From: Octopus sinensis
Lineage: Eukaryota
Length of the DNA stretch: 64,000 nt
Reading direction: 5' to 3'
NCBI RefSeq assembly: GCF_006345805.1
Contig: NC_043008.1
Coordinates: forward strand, 47,616,001-47,680,000
How positions within the stretch are numbered: the first letter of the stretch is position 1; each line of letters begins with the position of its first letter. Shown here in pieces: positions 38,276 to 52,969 of this stretch. A model generated the notes under the pieces. That model was not told the origin of the DNA, did not search any database, and saw nothing but the letters and a program-made list of their open reading frames with translations. Made by a program: the position numbers and the translations under genes.

Positions 38276-39817
38276 ATATATATATAGTAAATCAAGTGTA
38301 AGCAATGTATCGACTTGTGACTGATGAAACAGGGAATTACCCCTGCAGTGATGTTTTCTGACGCAAAAGGACGCAAGAAAAGTTTTTAGGAATTTTAACC
38401 AGTGCGCTACCGATTTTGCCATCAATTCTACTTTTCTGATTGTCGATGCATGTAGAGTTAACGAGAAAATGTGATCGATGGCTAGTTCGTTACGTGTATA
38501 ATTCTGATGGCATCAATTCTGTCTCTTTAATGAAGCAACAATATATATATATTAAAGAGAAAGATGATAAGTCAACTGTATAATATCTGGCATCATATTA
38601 ATATTGTTTCTTTGTTCCAATATTAATGTTCATTGACGTATTATGAAAAAGGTAATTAGCAGCTTATAACCGTTAAGTAGATTCTCTAGTGTTACCTGCC
38701 GCTGGAATGTCTCAGATTTTTTTTCTTTTTCATCCCGTATATCCCCCCACCTTATCTTTGATGCGAAACATAATTTGTAGAAGTATTTAGTTTAATAGAT
38801 CAATATGTACACTCAATATAGTAATCAAATGTTTCGTTTATGTGTTCGTCTGCGGATATTTTATGCTTTACTTTAAATATAAGATGACTATATCTGATCT
38901 GTAAGCAAACGGAAACTAATGTCAGTGAATATAGATTAGAATTATCGTCGTTCCCCAAAGAATGTCGTATATAAAGCAGCAGACCTAGTTTCCAAAGTTT
39001 GCCGTTTTATTTTGGAATGTCTTTAAACAGCGGCACTAATGTTATTGAATTCTCTAAGACAGAGGATTATTGAGTTAAATCAATATACAAATTTAATTTC
39101 AGGATGATAATCCAACTTAAGAGAAGAAAAATATCTAAAGTAAGAAGGTAAATATTTTAGTTCCAGAAGTACAAGAAAAAAGGCAATTACTGTTTGGTAT
39201 TGAGCAAAAGTTATAATCGTATTTTACTCTCGCAACATCACACGTGCATCGGTGTAGCAGAGTAAATACTTTAAAAGATCATTGCACGTGAAATGGATGC
39301 CTGGTTTCACATGTGTGTTTTTGTGGGGGGATTTGTGTACGTATTTACAATATCTTATCCTGTACGATCGGAAGAGCAGCACGAATATCTCCTACGTCCG
39401 ATATGTAATAAATTCTGTTTACATAAGAAGAAAATAAAACAGTCCAGCAGTCCGTACAAATATAACTTAATCCTAACATTGTCAAGTATTATTTTACGAC
39501 TGTGCGCTTCCTACGACTCAATTGAACTTTATACAAGAACCAACCGCGTGGAGTGAAACAATAAAAATAACAAAAGAAAATTATACAGGAATCAATTTCC
39601 AATTTGCTTTCTTCGAGCCTTGAAAGAACGGCAAACAAAATGCTATGTAAACGCTAAAGCAAATGTATCAGCTTGCTTTTAACCAAGTTCTTGCAATCAG
39701 ATTAGAAATACATGACAATATTACGACAATACGACAATATATTTGAAGCGTAAATGCCGAGCTCAGCTTTATTGCAATACATACCCAACATAGCGATATA
39801 TATATATATATATATAT

Positions 39818-39885
<68 letters not shown>

Positions 39886-42540
39886 CATACATGCATAGAC
39901 ACACACATACATATATATGTATACATATATATATATATATTATATATATATATAATTCATACACATAAACATATATTATATTTAAGCAAAACTATTATTG
40001 ATAGTGACTTCGATGCATGCTATTTAAACTTGGCTTTATATAGTCTCTTACTCTCTCCCTCTCCCTCTGGCCAAAACATAGACCAGCACGTAAATTTTTA
40101 TCATTAGGTTTTTTATACATTTATAAACCATCTTACAGAAAAGTAACCATATATTTTATGAAGAAAAAATGCCTTCCTAGATATAACCCTACAGCTGTTT
40201 CAAACATTCAGCAATCAATTGCAATACTGTGCAATCGATTTAAATGCCATAATACCATATGTACGTGTTTCTTTGTTTTGTCCCTTTATTACATAGCCAT
40301 GTCATGCAGCTTTTATAGCCAACTCTTGATCTATATACATATGTGTGTGCATGAGTGTGTATGTGTGTGTGTATGCATAATGATAATGTCTGTGCGTGTA
40401 TGTCTATATGTATACAAACTGTTATCATTATACGTTGACTCGGAATAGAATCTGAGTCGAACTCGCAACGGCCCTTACACCAGCGACTAGCGTGCGTTCT
40501 TCACAATAGAGTTTCATTTGTGCAAAACCGAATCACACACAAACACGTCAGGCATGAACTTTTCCATCTGGTTACTTGCATGTATGATGCATCAATCTAC
40601 ATCTATGTGTGTTTGTGACTGTGTGTATGTATGTGTATGTCCTTGCTAACCACACTTAGATTCACCAGGTTTTGTTTTCTGTTTTTCCTGTTTCTTTCTC
40701 TTTTATCTTGCTATCAACTCTTCGCTTCTTTCAACTCCGATTTTCTTTCTTTTAGCTTTTGGCAATTTCCTCCATTTCTTATTTTTCTCTTCTTTCCTTT
40801 TCTTTTCGTCGACGGTTCGCTTCATACATTCTATTTTCTTAAAGCTTCTGTTGTCGCTTTTCTCTTTCGAGTTACTGGAGGCGTTTTGCTAACATCTTGA
40901 ATAATTATCACTGAAATTACTTGACTTTCTAATAGATCATTTCGCTGAGAAATTTGTTTTTTACTGAGAAATTTGCATTTCATAATTACTTGACATGAAC
41001 GATAATTAAAAGAGAACGGCAAGTAATTATGTCGTAGGTAGTGATTGAAAAACACGCTGCAATCGCGACATCTTATATTTAAAATGCTGGCAGAGACAGA
41101 AAAACGACAACAAGTAAGTGAAATGAATCTTGACTTGAACGTACGGCGACTCGGTCACCGTATTTCTACATGTGTGAGGTTGTGTTTAAGCTTAAAACGG
41201 TCAAAGAAAAACTGAATCTAAGCTGTTTCTGAGGCCGAATCACCAGAAACATCATCTTTGTACTGGACAGACTGAAAGTGTATACAAGACCGTCTGCAGG
41301 GTTGTACCTGCCATTCAGAAATTCAGAAAGTACAGCCATTTCATAAACCGGTTCTGTCTATGAATTACGATACGGCAACCCATGTCTTTGGAATGCTCAG
41401 AAACATTTAAGTTTAATTAAACGAGCAAGAAATTCAGTTGAGCAAAGAACTGAATCTCTCATCGTCGAAAACGACCGAGATCCATATTATATATATATAT
41501 ATATTTTCATATACATATGCCCGTGTGCATGTTTGTGTGGTGCGTTTGTACGTGTGTGTGTATGTGTGTGTGGGTGGTGTGTGTGTGTGTGTGTGTGGTG
41601 TGTGTGTGTGTGTGTGTGTGTGTGGTGAGTGTGTGTGTGCATGCGTCTGTGTGTGTAATGATGATGACTCGCTCCTACATATTCGCAACCATTTTCCACC
41701 CATTTTCGTTTCACTGCGGAATCCGTTTCCTACAATTCAAAAGCAATTATGGCGTTTCTTTCAATCCTAAATTCACAATGAATTTGTTTTAATAAATTGC
41801 TCCAGTTATTTAGATATAAATTGATATTTATACAAATCGTATATTTATAGTATACACACTCACACACACAAAAAAAATAGCCGCGCACATAGCCAATAGT
41901 ACGCAAAACAACAAGGACATAATACAAACAATAAACTAGATGTACGTAAATTAACCTATACGTGCAGCTAGAGAGAGAGAGAAGGAGAGAGAGGGAAGAA
42001 CTGGGGGGAAGGAAGGAGGAGGAATAGGAGGGAGATGGAGAGTGAGGGTGAAAGAGAGAAAATAGAAAACGAGAGATGACGACATAGATAAGTAGATGGA
42101 AATATGTTTCCATATGTGAACATTAAACTGCTTTTCAACACTCGTATCAAGTTCTATAGAGATCCCGGTATTTTATGAATACATAGTAATGACGCTACCA
42201 TTATCCATCTAAATATCGCTGTAACAATCTATCTATCGATCTATCTATCTATTTATCTATCTATTTATCTATCTATCTATTTCAATCTATCTATCTTTCT
42301 ATTTACCGATATCTATCTATCTATCTTCATATATATATATATTCATTAAGCATTCATATAAAAATACGTGTGTGTTTATGAGTGCATTGCGTGTGTGCGT
42401 GCGTGTATGTGTGTGTGCGTGCGTGTGTGAGTGTGTGTATCTTGTACTGTTGATAGGGACACACATTCAGGTCAGAAATAAAAGTATAATGGTGAAAAAT
42501 TTACCTCCGTAAGACACCGATGCGTATAGTTTTTGAATTG

Positions 42541-42711
42541 GAAGAAGAAGAAGAAGAAGAAGAAGAAGAAGAAGAAGAAGAAGAAGAGAAGAAGAAGAAG
42601 AAGAAGAAGAAGAAGAAGAAGAAGAAGAGGGAGAAGAAGAAGAAGAAGAAGAAGAAGAAGAAGAAGAAGAAGAAGAAGAAGAAGAAGAAGAAGAAGAAGA
42701 AGAAGAAGAAG
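42541..42711. repeat. (GAA)n tract, ~170 bp
   Basis: Direct reading; two short interruptions. Confidence 0.98.
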
Positions 42712-42793
42712 AGAATGGTGTTTCACAGAAGCTCGAGGTAAGGAACCTTGAGGGTGTGGGTTGGTCGATGTTATCGGCTCAGTGACTGATCTT
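42712..42793 (-). mobile_element. Short 3' fragment of the (TTC)n-tailed SINE subfamily
   Basis: AGAATGGTGTTTCACAGAAGCTCGAGGTAAGGAA is identical to the sequence from 59681 onward; (GAA)n is adjacent at 42541-42711. Confidence 0.7.
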
Positions 42794-43270
42794 CGAAAAT
42801 GATAATGCTAAGATCCTATGCAAAGATCTTATGGGATTTTATAATTTAGTGTGGCCATGAGATAGCGAATAGGAGACCAGATATAGAGTTAATTGATAAA
42901 GAAAGCAAACGATGCCGGATCATTGATATAGCATGCCCAGGTGACAACAACCTATGCGATAAGGAGGAAAGAAAAGTTGAGTGATATGACAGGTTAGCTT
43001 GGGAAGTTAAGCAGCGGTGGTCAATGAAAAAGATGGTAGTAGTACCAATAATTCTCGGAGCCCTGGGAACAGTGAGTAAAGATCTTTGAGAAGTACATGG
43101 AACAAATATGGGCTGCAAGACGGGTGGAGTACTTGCAGAAAACAGCTCTGCTTGGAACAGCTCGAATACTCCGGATGGTGCTCGAAAAATAAGGGTTTTT
43201 ACCTTAGTTCACTGGTAGTGAACAGCTGACACTGTAGTACATCTCCAACTTTAGAAGCTTTGCAAAGGCA
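42794..43270 (+). mobile_element. RLE-type (R4/Dong-like) non-LTR element, 3' fragment with a (TGA)/(TAA)n tail
   Basis: ENDNAKIL(W)DF...RRPDI...IIDIACPGD...GALGTV...LQKTALLGTARILR; stops and a short tandem duplication (aagatcctatg/aagatcttatg); tail at about 43270-43340. Confidence 0.85.
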
Positions 43271-43290
43271 ATGATGATGATGATAATAAC

Positions 43291-43339
<49 letters not shown>

Positions 43340-43384
43340 TAATATATATATATATACCCAAACGCACAGGTACTTCGACCTGTT

Positions 43385-43437
<53 letters not shown>

Positions 43438-43896
43438 ACTGAGAGAGAGAGGGGGGAGAAAGACACATGCTCATGCGTGTGTGTCTATGCCCACGTACGT
43501 TTGGTAGAACATCAAGGCTACTTCCATTTAAAAAATGCAATATTGAAATCAAAACTACTTCCTATGTCTCTCACTATTATGCAGAGTTGGTTGTGAGAAA
43601 CGTATTACTAACATAAAATGTATGAAGTATACAATACCCGACGCCCCCCATCCCTGTCAGATACCGCCTCCCCCATGCGGATGCAAATAACGAAATAGGA
43701 TTTTTAAAAATCTCACTATATTGGAAAATACATTTAATAATTTATATAAAAAGAAGCCAAACTATATTCTTCTGTCAACTCTTTCCCTTTATGAGACAAT
43801 CCCAAACAACATATGTAGCATAGTCTACAGACATTTACCGTTAAGTACATGGCATTATTTTTAAGGAATTGAATTAATCAAATAAACAATACTTAC

Positions 43897-43980
43897 TTTC
43901 ATTCATACACGATTTGTACAGAAGTTTTGCCTTTCGAATCGCCCTGGCATCACTCGAAGATACGCTGTTTTCCAATAATT
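43897..43980 (-). CDS. M13 peptidase exon (84 nt; LLENSVSSSDARAIRKAKLLYKSCMNE)
   Basis: ctttcag|AATTA...GAAA|gtaagt; KAK-x-LYKSCM motif; phase 1-1. Confidence 0.94.
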
Positions 43981-44916
43981 CTGAAAGAAAATGCAATTTG
44001 CTGCACTTAGTACCTTTTATATAAGATTCGGTAACGAAAACCGATATGCATACGATCATACAAACACATACCCACACAGACATACACCAGCGCACACTTG
44101 CAGAGACATGCGCACACAATCTATGTTACATATATATATATATTATGATTTAATATTCATAAATACCTGTGTGTGTCTGTTTAAAACAAGTATATATGTT
44201 TATTCAAATACATATAGCTATTATAGCATATTACAATATTTTATATCCTGTGCTTGATATAGAACTAAATAGATTCTTCTTGGAGCAATTCATATAAAAA
44301 TTTCCGTGAGGTTTTACATCTTAGAAATCAGAAGTTTGCATTATTTCAAAATTGATTCACAATCAATAAAATTAATAATGTTCTTCGAATATTACGAATG
44401 TGAGATTCTTTATGTTTCTATATGCGGGTGTTGATAATTAAATTTCTATCTTTAATAGTATACCCGTGTGGAGGTACACCTATCTATGTGTGTGCGTGAA
44501 TCTCTTTGATTATAGAGGCATCATTACTAGTCCGTTAACAATATTTCATTTCGCTGCTGTAATGCATTATAGAACATACCGTTAGGTATAACTATAGAGT
44601 TTTCGTTTTTGGGGGTTTTTTGTTCATTCTTTTTTAACGAAACTTTATGTTGCGACGACTGTAAATACTACTTTCACATACGAAATCAGTGTCTGCGCAG
44701 AAAATGGGAGAGTTAGACAGATAGACAGAGACTGAAAGACAGATAGGTACACACACACACACACACACACACACCACACACCACACACCACACACCAACA
44801 TATATATATATATATATATATCTATATATATATATACATATACGTATACATATACATATACATATATATACATATATATAGACATACATATATATATACA
44901 CATACACACACACAGA

Positions 44917-44995
<79 letters not shown>

Positions 44996-45235
44996 TTCCT
45001 TAAACGATGGTATATCATATTTTTATGAGAATAACGTCTCCCGACTCCATGCACTTAAATCCTTTTGGTTCACAGATGACACCCGGCACCAGAACTATGA
45101 CATTCATTACAACAATTACGACAGTCAGCTCTGAGGAATCGCTCAAATTCCTTCACCAAAACACTTTGCAAGCAAAACAATATACAACTGAATTATTGAA
45201 TGAAAAAATGTAAGAAAGAATCGGAAACGGCTCAC

Positions 45236-45397
45236 CTCTCAGCGTGTTCTCCACCTCATCTCTAAGTACAGTGAAAGTATCAATGGATGAAAGGTCATCG
45301 GGTATGGCATGTCGCTTGACCCATTGACCACATGTATAATCAAAAAAATTATCACATGGGTTAACGCTAGTGTCAATTGACCGAATCAATCGAGCAG
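45236..45397 (-). CDS. M13 peptidase exon (162 nt; ARLIRSIDTSVNPCDNFFDYTCGQW...)
   Basis: tttcag|CTGCTCGA...CTGAGAG|gtgagc; carries the M13 signature PC-D-F-x-Y-x-CG-x-W. Confidence 0.95.
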
Positions 45398-45884
45398 CTG
45401 AAATGAATATAAGAAACTCTATATGTTTCAGCAAAAATCCTAAAGCGAATGGTCGTAAAGCAATTAAACAGTTTGCAATTGTGTTTATGATTACAATAAA
45501 AAATAGAGTGGAAAAAATCATTATCATTATAAATCAGTGATTTACATAGTCATAGAATCTTGACATTCACAGAGGCTTCCAAAACTTGGTAGTGTCATAT
45601 AAGCTGAGAGCTAATTTAGAACCAAGATCATTCAGAGTTCAATTGTACAAACAAATCATTTGTTGTGATAAACTGACTGCGTCGATGAATGTGTTGAGGC
45701 CGTCGTAGTTTAGTTGAGGCGGAAAGAGAAACGGTGTAACGTAGACGGCGCTAAGATAATCTCTGTCTGATACAACTATATCTACAGTTTCGTGACGGTC
45801 TCTCGTATGTGGTGCAGTTTTACATATTGTTGAATTCTTGCATTAAAGAAACTGAAAGTCGTCTGGAAAATCTTAAGCAATTGA

Positions 45885-46240
45885 ATTTCTTTTTCTTACT
45901 TGTTGGGGAATGGATACAACCAGTTCTCTTTATAAAACAACACCGAATCCTGTGCGACTGAAAGATGTTCAGTTTGTGTTGAAACTGTTGCAGGCTATCA
46001 TTTGAAGGAAAATATGAGAAGAGATGGCAGGGAGGTAAATGTTCAGGTGAAGAAGGATTGGGTATAGTGACTAGTATAGTGTCTGGAAGATTGAACGTAA
46101 CAAGGGTAGCGAGGGGCGAAGAGACGGGTCAGTCGTGGAAGCTGAGTGGAGGAGATAGAAAAGTCATCAGAGCCAAGGAAAATAGGACGTTACTCTAGCA
46201 ACAGAAAAGATGGTGAGATGGGACAGAATGTCTTCAGGGA
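45885..46240 (-). mobile_element. CR1/L2-like LINE 3'-end remnant
   Basis: The reverse strand gives RLTR...YTSHYTQSFF...SLP...IFPSNDSLQQF, resembling the R-T...Y..SFF.RT..WN.LP...FP....L..FK ending; decayed. Confidence 0.55.
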
Positions 46241-46847
46241 GATCAAAGCCTGGAGCGTCTCTCGGAATGACGTCCTGGTAGAAGTTCATCACTGCTGCTG
46301 TTGTTGTTGGCGGTGGTAGTGGTGGTGTTGCTAACCTACAGAAGAGGCCTATGATAAATCCAGGGGCATACATTCTTTGAAGGAGGAGTAAGAAGAATAC
46401 GCGCGTGTTGAATTATCTTCATCGTTGAGCTGCAAAGACCTCACATGGATACATATATACAATCTATATAATATATATAGATAAATAGATAGATATGTAT
46501 ATACATGTATATACATACATTTGTACACGCACATGTATATATATGCCTTACCTGTCATTGTGCTTTTGTAGCACGAAGCAAAGCAAGCCTATCAGCCAAG
46601 AAACCACATCGCAAATAATCCACAAGCAAACTGAGTCCTCAACTTGTTCCATTTGCCGAATGAGATTTGCAAGGCACCAGCACGCCTCAAGGGGCACATT
46701 CGTCTCCCTAGAACATAACAGGGACCGTAATCCTCCGTAAAGTCTCGCTCGAGAATTCTTGATACTGACGCGTCAGTTTCGGCAATTTCGTTGCCTCTTC
46801 CGTTAATACCAATCGATTTTTCAGCTCTTTCGGGGCACGATTCGCCA

Positions 46848-46893
<46 letters not shown>

Positions 46894-47407
46894 GTGTGTG
46901 TGTGTGTGTGTGGTGTGTGTGTGTGTGAATTTGAATATTACAAAACCTTACCTTGGTGTGGTGGAAATTGGCAAATGTTATAGCCTAATCTCTAAGAACC
47001 CATCTACGTACTGCATAGCGGTTACCACTTAAGCTTTAAATGTTACAAATTACCATAACCATTTTAATAATCAAAAATAATACAGTTGACTGTACATACG
47101 CTGATTACCGTACGTACACATTCTCTGAGTCAAGGCATTATACTGTTAAATCATAAACTCAACAGCAATAATACAGAAATCAGATTTACTTGGAATGAAT
47201 CGCATCATGTCGACTTGCTTTACAAGGATATTTTTCTATTTTTTGGAAAGAAAGAAAAACGATAATATTCTTTACTAAAACAGGATAAGCAATAAATGAT
47301 TGCTACATAAATCTTTAGAAGGATTCCCAATGTTAAAATATATTGCTGTTTATTGAAAATCTCGCATTGAGAAGTTATATTCATAAAAATGTATTTGAAA
47401 CACTTAC

Positions 47408-47452
47408 ATGCCACGGTACATCTTGGAGTGAGACAGATTTCCTCTTTGTCAT
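47408..47452 (-). CDS. M13 peptidase exon (45 nt; C-x4-C stalk motif ICLTPRC)
   Basis: ttttcag|AT GAC AAA GAG GAA ATC TGT CTC ACT CCA AGA TGT ACC GTG GCA T|gtaagt; phase 1-1; joins the next exon as TCT GCT CGA. Confidence 0.9.
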
Positions 47453-47640
47453 CTGAAAATTAAACGGAAAAATAATTAAATTGGTTGATGATAAATGGAA
47501 CTGTCAGTTGATAGATGCAATTCAATTGAAATTATGACTACTTACTTATGTACTCCATTATATGTCTGTGTGTGTGTGTGTTTAAGTGTGTCCATATATG
47601 TATATATGTATGCATGCGTTTGCGTATATATATATATTAG

Positions 47641-47676
<36 letters not shown>

Positions 47677-47689
47677 TTTATATATATAA

Positions 47690-47950
47690 ACCAATATGTA
47701 TGTATGTATGCATGTATGTATGTATGTATGTGTGTGTATGTATGTATACATGTATGTATGTATGTATGTATGTATGTATTTATGTATGTATGTACGTATG
47801 TATGTATGTGTGTATGTGTGTGTGTATATGTATGTATGCATGTGTGTATGTATGTATGTATGTATGTATGTATGTATGTATGTATGTATGTACGTATGAA
47901 TGTATGTATGTATGTGTGTGTATGTATGTACGTATGTATGTATGTATGTA
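47690..47950. repeat. (TATG)n tetranucleotide tract
   Basis: Direct reading. Confidence 0.95.
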
Positions 47951-50176
47951 TTGTGAAGTATTCAATTATCGGTCCTGTTTCAGTTTCCTTAATTTATTTG
48001 TATCCCTTCTTTCAGGAGCACAGAAACTGAAGCAGTTCCGAACCGTGTCCGAATGACTCTCCCATCCATTTACTTCCCCACTCGTTTATTCATCCACAGA
48101 AATACAATGCGGCTGTCATTAGCAGATCCTCTTTGCTCAGTTATTAGGTACAGGAAGTGAAATATTCTGAAACATTTTCTTATCTTTATTCTGTAACTAA
48201 CAACATGGTAACTGATGTCGTGAACCGACAGATTTTGGATTTCGCAATAGTATTTACTTCTAGACCAAAAAATCGTTGGCTCACGGAAGAGGGGAACTCG
48301 GTTCGCTGAATGATTCAATGTCACCAGCTCATCATGATGCCTTTAGGCAAAAAAATTAATCCCTAAATCCATAGTCTACCCTGCTGATAGTAATTATCGC
48401 TGGAGAAGCACCAGTAACATCAAAGTAAAGCGGATTGTTGTTAGATAGCGCGATATGCTAAGTTCAAATCCTATGAGAGCATGGCTTGAAGGTAGATAGG
48501 ACTACACAAAACTAATTTGCTAACTTTACTTCAAAAAGTTTTTAAATGATAGTCCATGACACACTGTATAAGTAGCACACACACACACGCACATACACAC
48601 ACACATTTAACTTTTATTTAAAGTTATTAAAATGTTGGCCTGAGCCGTGTCAAAACATGCTGCAACAATGAAGTAGAGAGAAAGAAAAGTTAGCCAAGAT
48701 AATAATCTTAATTTTTACTTGTCTCTTTATGTTAATGAATGAGACGTGCAGCAATCTCGGTGTGTGCAGTGGGTGGTAGGCTCTGATAATATCAACCGAA
48801 AGAGGCCGCACTTGAATGAAGATCAATTAGTAATGAATCATTATGTTATCAACTGTTGTGGGTGTTTTGAGTGATTTAGTCATTGAGGGATAAGAGTTAA
48901 ATGAGTAAAGAGAAAATTACGAGCAGCTTAGTCGACGGTTTCTAATGAATATTAATTTAGAATTATCAGGAAAATGGTGATGCCTCAGGCAACTCTGTTA
49001 CTTGCAGTTTGACTTTCATTGTAGATTGAGAAGTATTCTAATTAAAGGAAACGTGTTGTAATCAATTATAATGTTCCAAAGTGACGCTGCTTTGCGGTTC
49101 TGTGAGAGATTAAACCGACAAGAGAGAGAGAGAAAGAGAATAGAGAAAAGAAAGAGGAGAGAGAGAAAGAGAGAAAAGAAAATGAGAGAGGAAAAAGTGA
49201 AGGAGAAAGAGGTAAATGGCAACAGTGTCTGTTGCTTAATTTGTTATATATAATCGCACTCGGATATAATGGAAGCTCTAAAAAATGCAATAATGTGAAA
49301 TTTCAGGTGAAGCTATAGTAAATATTTTGAAAAATATTTTTACCAATAAAAGCGTATTTTATCAATCAAGTGAGATCTTTATCGGTCCTGAAATTATGCA
49401 GACATTAATCCTAAACAACTGACTTCTAAGAATATTGTAAGGTAGCCGAAGGCTGGTTGCGAGTTTCATTCTTTAACTCACATAAATGTATGTATACGGT
49501 TTCTCTGTTATGAAGCGATCGAGAAATAAGTAAACTGCTGTTAGTAACAACTAGTTTCCAGACATGCGAACGAGAATAACTACTCATAAGCGACATACTA
49601 CATACATAAAGGCCAAGTGTATAAACAGTCTCACATTATATAACACCATCCATTCATTTACGTATGTCGAAGAAAATATGATATCCTACATATTCAATAT
49701 AAGAAGGGAATGAGATCTAATGAGGCCTAATGACATTTGATTATCTGTTGTGGTGAAGCATCCAAATGCACCTGGAGCATTCAATACAGGGCTCCAAGCA
49801 ACCGTAATGATAAAAGATATGTAGAAACTAATGAAACACATTTGCATTTATTAATTTGTTCTGTATTTCATAACTAGTAATACCGTGAAGTACAGCAGTA
49901 ACACAACTACTATACATAAGCAGGCAGGACGAGGATAATCTACAGCAAGTTCTAAAGAAAACACTAGCAGCCATTCATCTATCTCTACTTACAAGAGACA
50001 CTATCCGTATTGGTGTGTGTATGTGTGGTTGTGTGTGTGTGGTGTGTGTGCGTGTATATATACCATACTATAATGAAATGTGGATTCTATGTATTATATA
50101 TATATATATATATATATTAATATATTATATATCTATATATTATATATATATATATCTATATATATTATATATATAC

Positions 50177-50261
50177 ATAGATAGATAGATAGAGAGGGTG
50201 GTAGATAGATAGATAGATGATAGATAGATAGATAGATGAGATTTGTTGATAGATAGAAGAG

Positions 50262-50318
<57 letters not shown>

Positions 50319-50443
50319 TATGATAGATAGATAGATGATAGATAGTAGATAGATAATAGATAGATAGATAGATAGATAGATAGCTAGATAGATAGATAGA
50401 TAGATAGAGATAGAGATATAAATATAGATATAGATATAGATAC
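50177..50443. repeat. (GATA)n tetranucleotide tract
   Basis: Direct reading. Confidence 0.95.
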
Positions 50444-51262
50444 ATATTTACCATACCTGGAGATACGCATATGCAATACCACAAATATATTTTATCTGAC
50501 AATTATTTCTAACAAGACTTCAAAGACTCTGCATCGTCCATATTACACCAATAATATCATTGTCACTAGATTCGCTGTTCCGTTCTCAATGCCTTCTGTC
50601 ATCAAATGATACGAGTGGCTGGAAGCTGAAAATTACCAGCACAGATGGAGTATGGCATCAGCTTGCTGGACAATTCATGTAAAGAATCTATACTGACGTC
50701 TATAAGAAATGTTCTGCAAGCAGCAGAAGACATGGAGTTCGGTGAGTTACCTTTTATAAACGTTCAGACGTAAGAACCATGGCGGTCGGCAAATGTTGCG
50801 ACCACTGACATTCATTCATTGAATAATGTCTTACAAGTGTATGTGTGTAAATTATGTGTGTGTACGTGTGTGTGTATGTGTACGTGTGTGTGTGTGTGTA
50901 CGTGTGTGTGTGTGTGTGGTGTGCATGTGTGTGTGTGTACATGTGTGTGTATATTTTCTTTTTGTACTTGGTTTGCAAGAGTTTTGATGTGAAAGAGTGT
51001 GTTGAAAGGAGTTTGACAAACGAACAACCTATTTTATTGTTTAAACAAAACATCTAAGGGTGCCTTTTCGCCTCTGAAGAGATTTTGCTCAGAAATATGA
51101 ACCTAATATTTAATTAATTTCATTACGCATAATTGAAACAGCGTTAAGGGATAATGTTCGATTTGTTGTTCATAACAGACATTTATTAACTTCAAAATCT
51201 CCACTTTCTTCTTCCTTTATATTATATACATACATGCACACGTACATACATACACCACACAC

Positions 51263-51312
<50 letters not shown>

Positions 51313-52928
51313 GAGAGAGGGGGAGGAGAGGGAGAGAGAGAAGGATTATGGATTTAGATAGGTACATACATATACAAACACATATATATGTATATATAAA
51401 TATATATATATACATGTATTATATGCATGTGTTTGTGTTTGCGTGTGAGTGTTTTTGCATTGTGTGAATCAACCCATATCACATTTCTAGTTCAATCCAA
51501 GGCTAAGGATCGCTATAACGAAATGAAGGGATAATCTAGTCAATGCAATGTAGTTTTCATTATAACCTAACTAAACTAGAGATGTGTGTCAAACAGACAT
51601 TCAACATTTTTATTCTTTGTTGTTCCTGTAGCTATATTTTTTGAAACTGAAATTAAATCGAAGTTACTGAGGAAATGATATCTTGATAACCAGGGATCCG
51701 TAGAGAATACATCGGTTAACTGGCTTTACAGTTCTGGGCATAGATCATGTTTAATCAATCAATATATATCTTATCCTCCCTTGCTTCGATCTTTAATTCT
51801 TGCACTGAACCAGGTTTTTTTCAAAAATTCCCTGTCAATCACAGTAATGTCTTGGGGGCCTTAAACTCCGGTGAAATGTCATCTCGTATTACGATTAAAT
51901 GGTGCATACCATTGCGTCAATCAATCGGATTTGCTTCTTGAGCATATCGTTAGAGAATGATCGATATTTGTTGCAAACGTGATTCTCCTGAAGTTGTGAA
52001 GATGTAAAAGAGAACGGGGGGAAGGGTTCGTTGATATGTCACGAACACATGACAATTGCTAGAAAGTTCTCTTCAAACGAGACCTTAAAGTTGACATTGA
52101 AATTATCCTAAATGTAATATAATCTTTGGCTGCAGTTGATGGCCTTGTCATACGGCTCCTGCTTTTGCTGTTACTGTGATTGTCGTTGTTGAATGGAGGC
52201 CAATGGTGGTGGTGGTGGTGGCGGCGGCGGCGGCGGTCGTCGTTGTCGTCATCGTGGTGGCAATGACGGTGCTAGTCGTCATGATTATGAGGATGGCGAG
52301 ACCTCGTCGACGACCACAACCACGGCAATTACGACGATGATGACGATGATGATGACAAAACGTTTGAGGGTTTTCTCTGACAATGTGTGCGAAGCCAGCT
52401 TGTTAAAGATATTAAATTTAGCCATTTCTGTGCCTGCTCTTACATTCTGTATTAAATGAAAGTTTAAGAGAGAACCTGACATTTTTCAGGACGTGAATGG
52501 TGACTGGTACCACATTTAATATTTTGTTCATCCATTTTTCTCTGAAAATTAATGACGAACGCATGCGACAACAGCCATATATGTATTTCAACATTATGTT
52601 CGTCATTAAGGGTCTACTAAACGGCTAGTTATAGCAGTTTAACTTATGTTTGCTATCGTAAATAGTAAATATTTCAAGTTCATACTTAGAAACCATTTCA
52701 AACAATTGACCATCATAATTGATCATTTCCTGAACTGTGAAGACGGACATTTTGATGAAGATAAGAATACAGTAAATTAAATCAGGAAATTTGTTTGACA
52801 CCTTTAATTCGTGTTGTTTTAATGAGCTAATTCTAATCACCAATGTACACATATAAACTTCTCGTATCTAACAGTCATTTGATATTGTAGCCACACACAC
52901 ACACACGTACATGTGCGTATATGCCTAA

Positions 52929-52969
<41 letters not shown>

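Noticed and set aside
38321-38346. CTGATGA-A-ACAGGG...CCCTG, half a hammerhead
   Set aside because: No GAAA or stem III follows; at most a truncated pLTR remnant.
49850-49955. Minus-strand hydrophobic stretch (ACLCIVVVLLLYFTVLLVMKY) as the missing membrane-anchor exon
   Set aside because: There is no phase-1 donor compatible with the 47452 exon, and the frame runs into a stop.
50457-50495. 39-nt phase 1-1 exon-like segment upstream of the 45-nt exon
   Set aside because: The acceptor is weak, and the peptide (KIYLWYCICVSP) does not resemble an M13 stalk; it needs RNA evidence.
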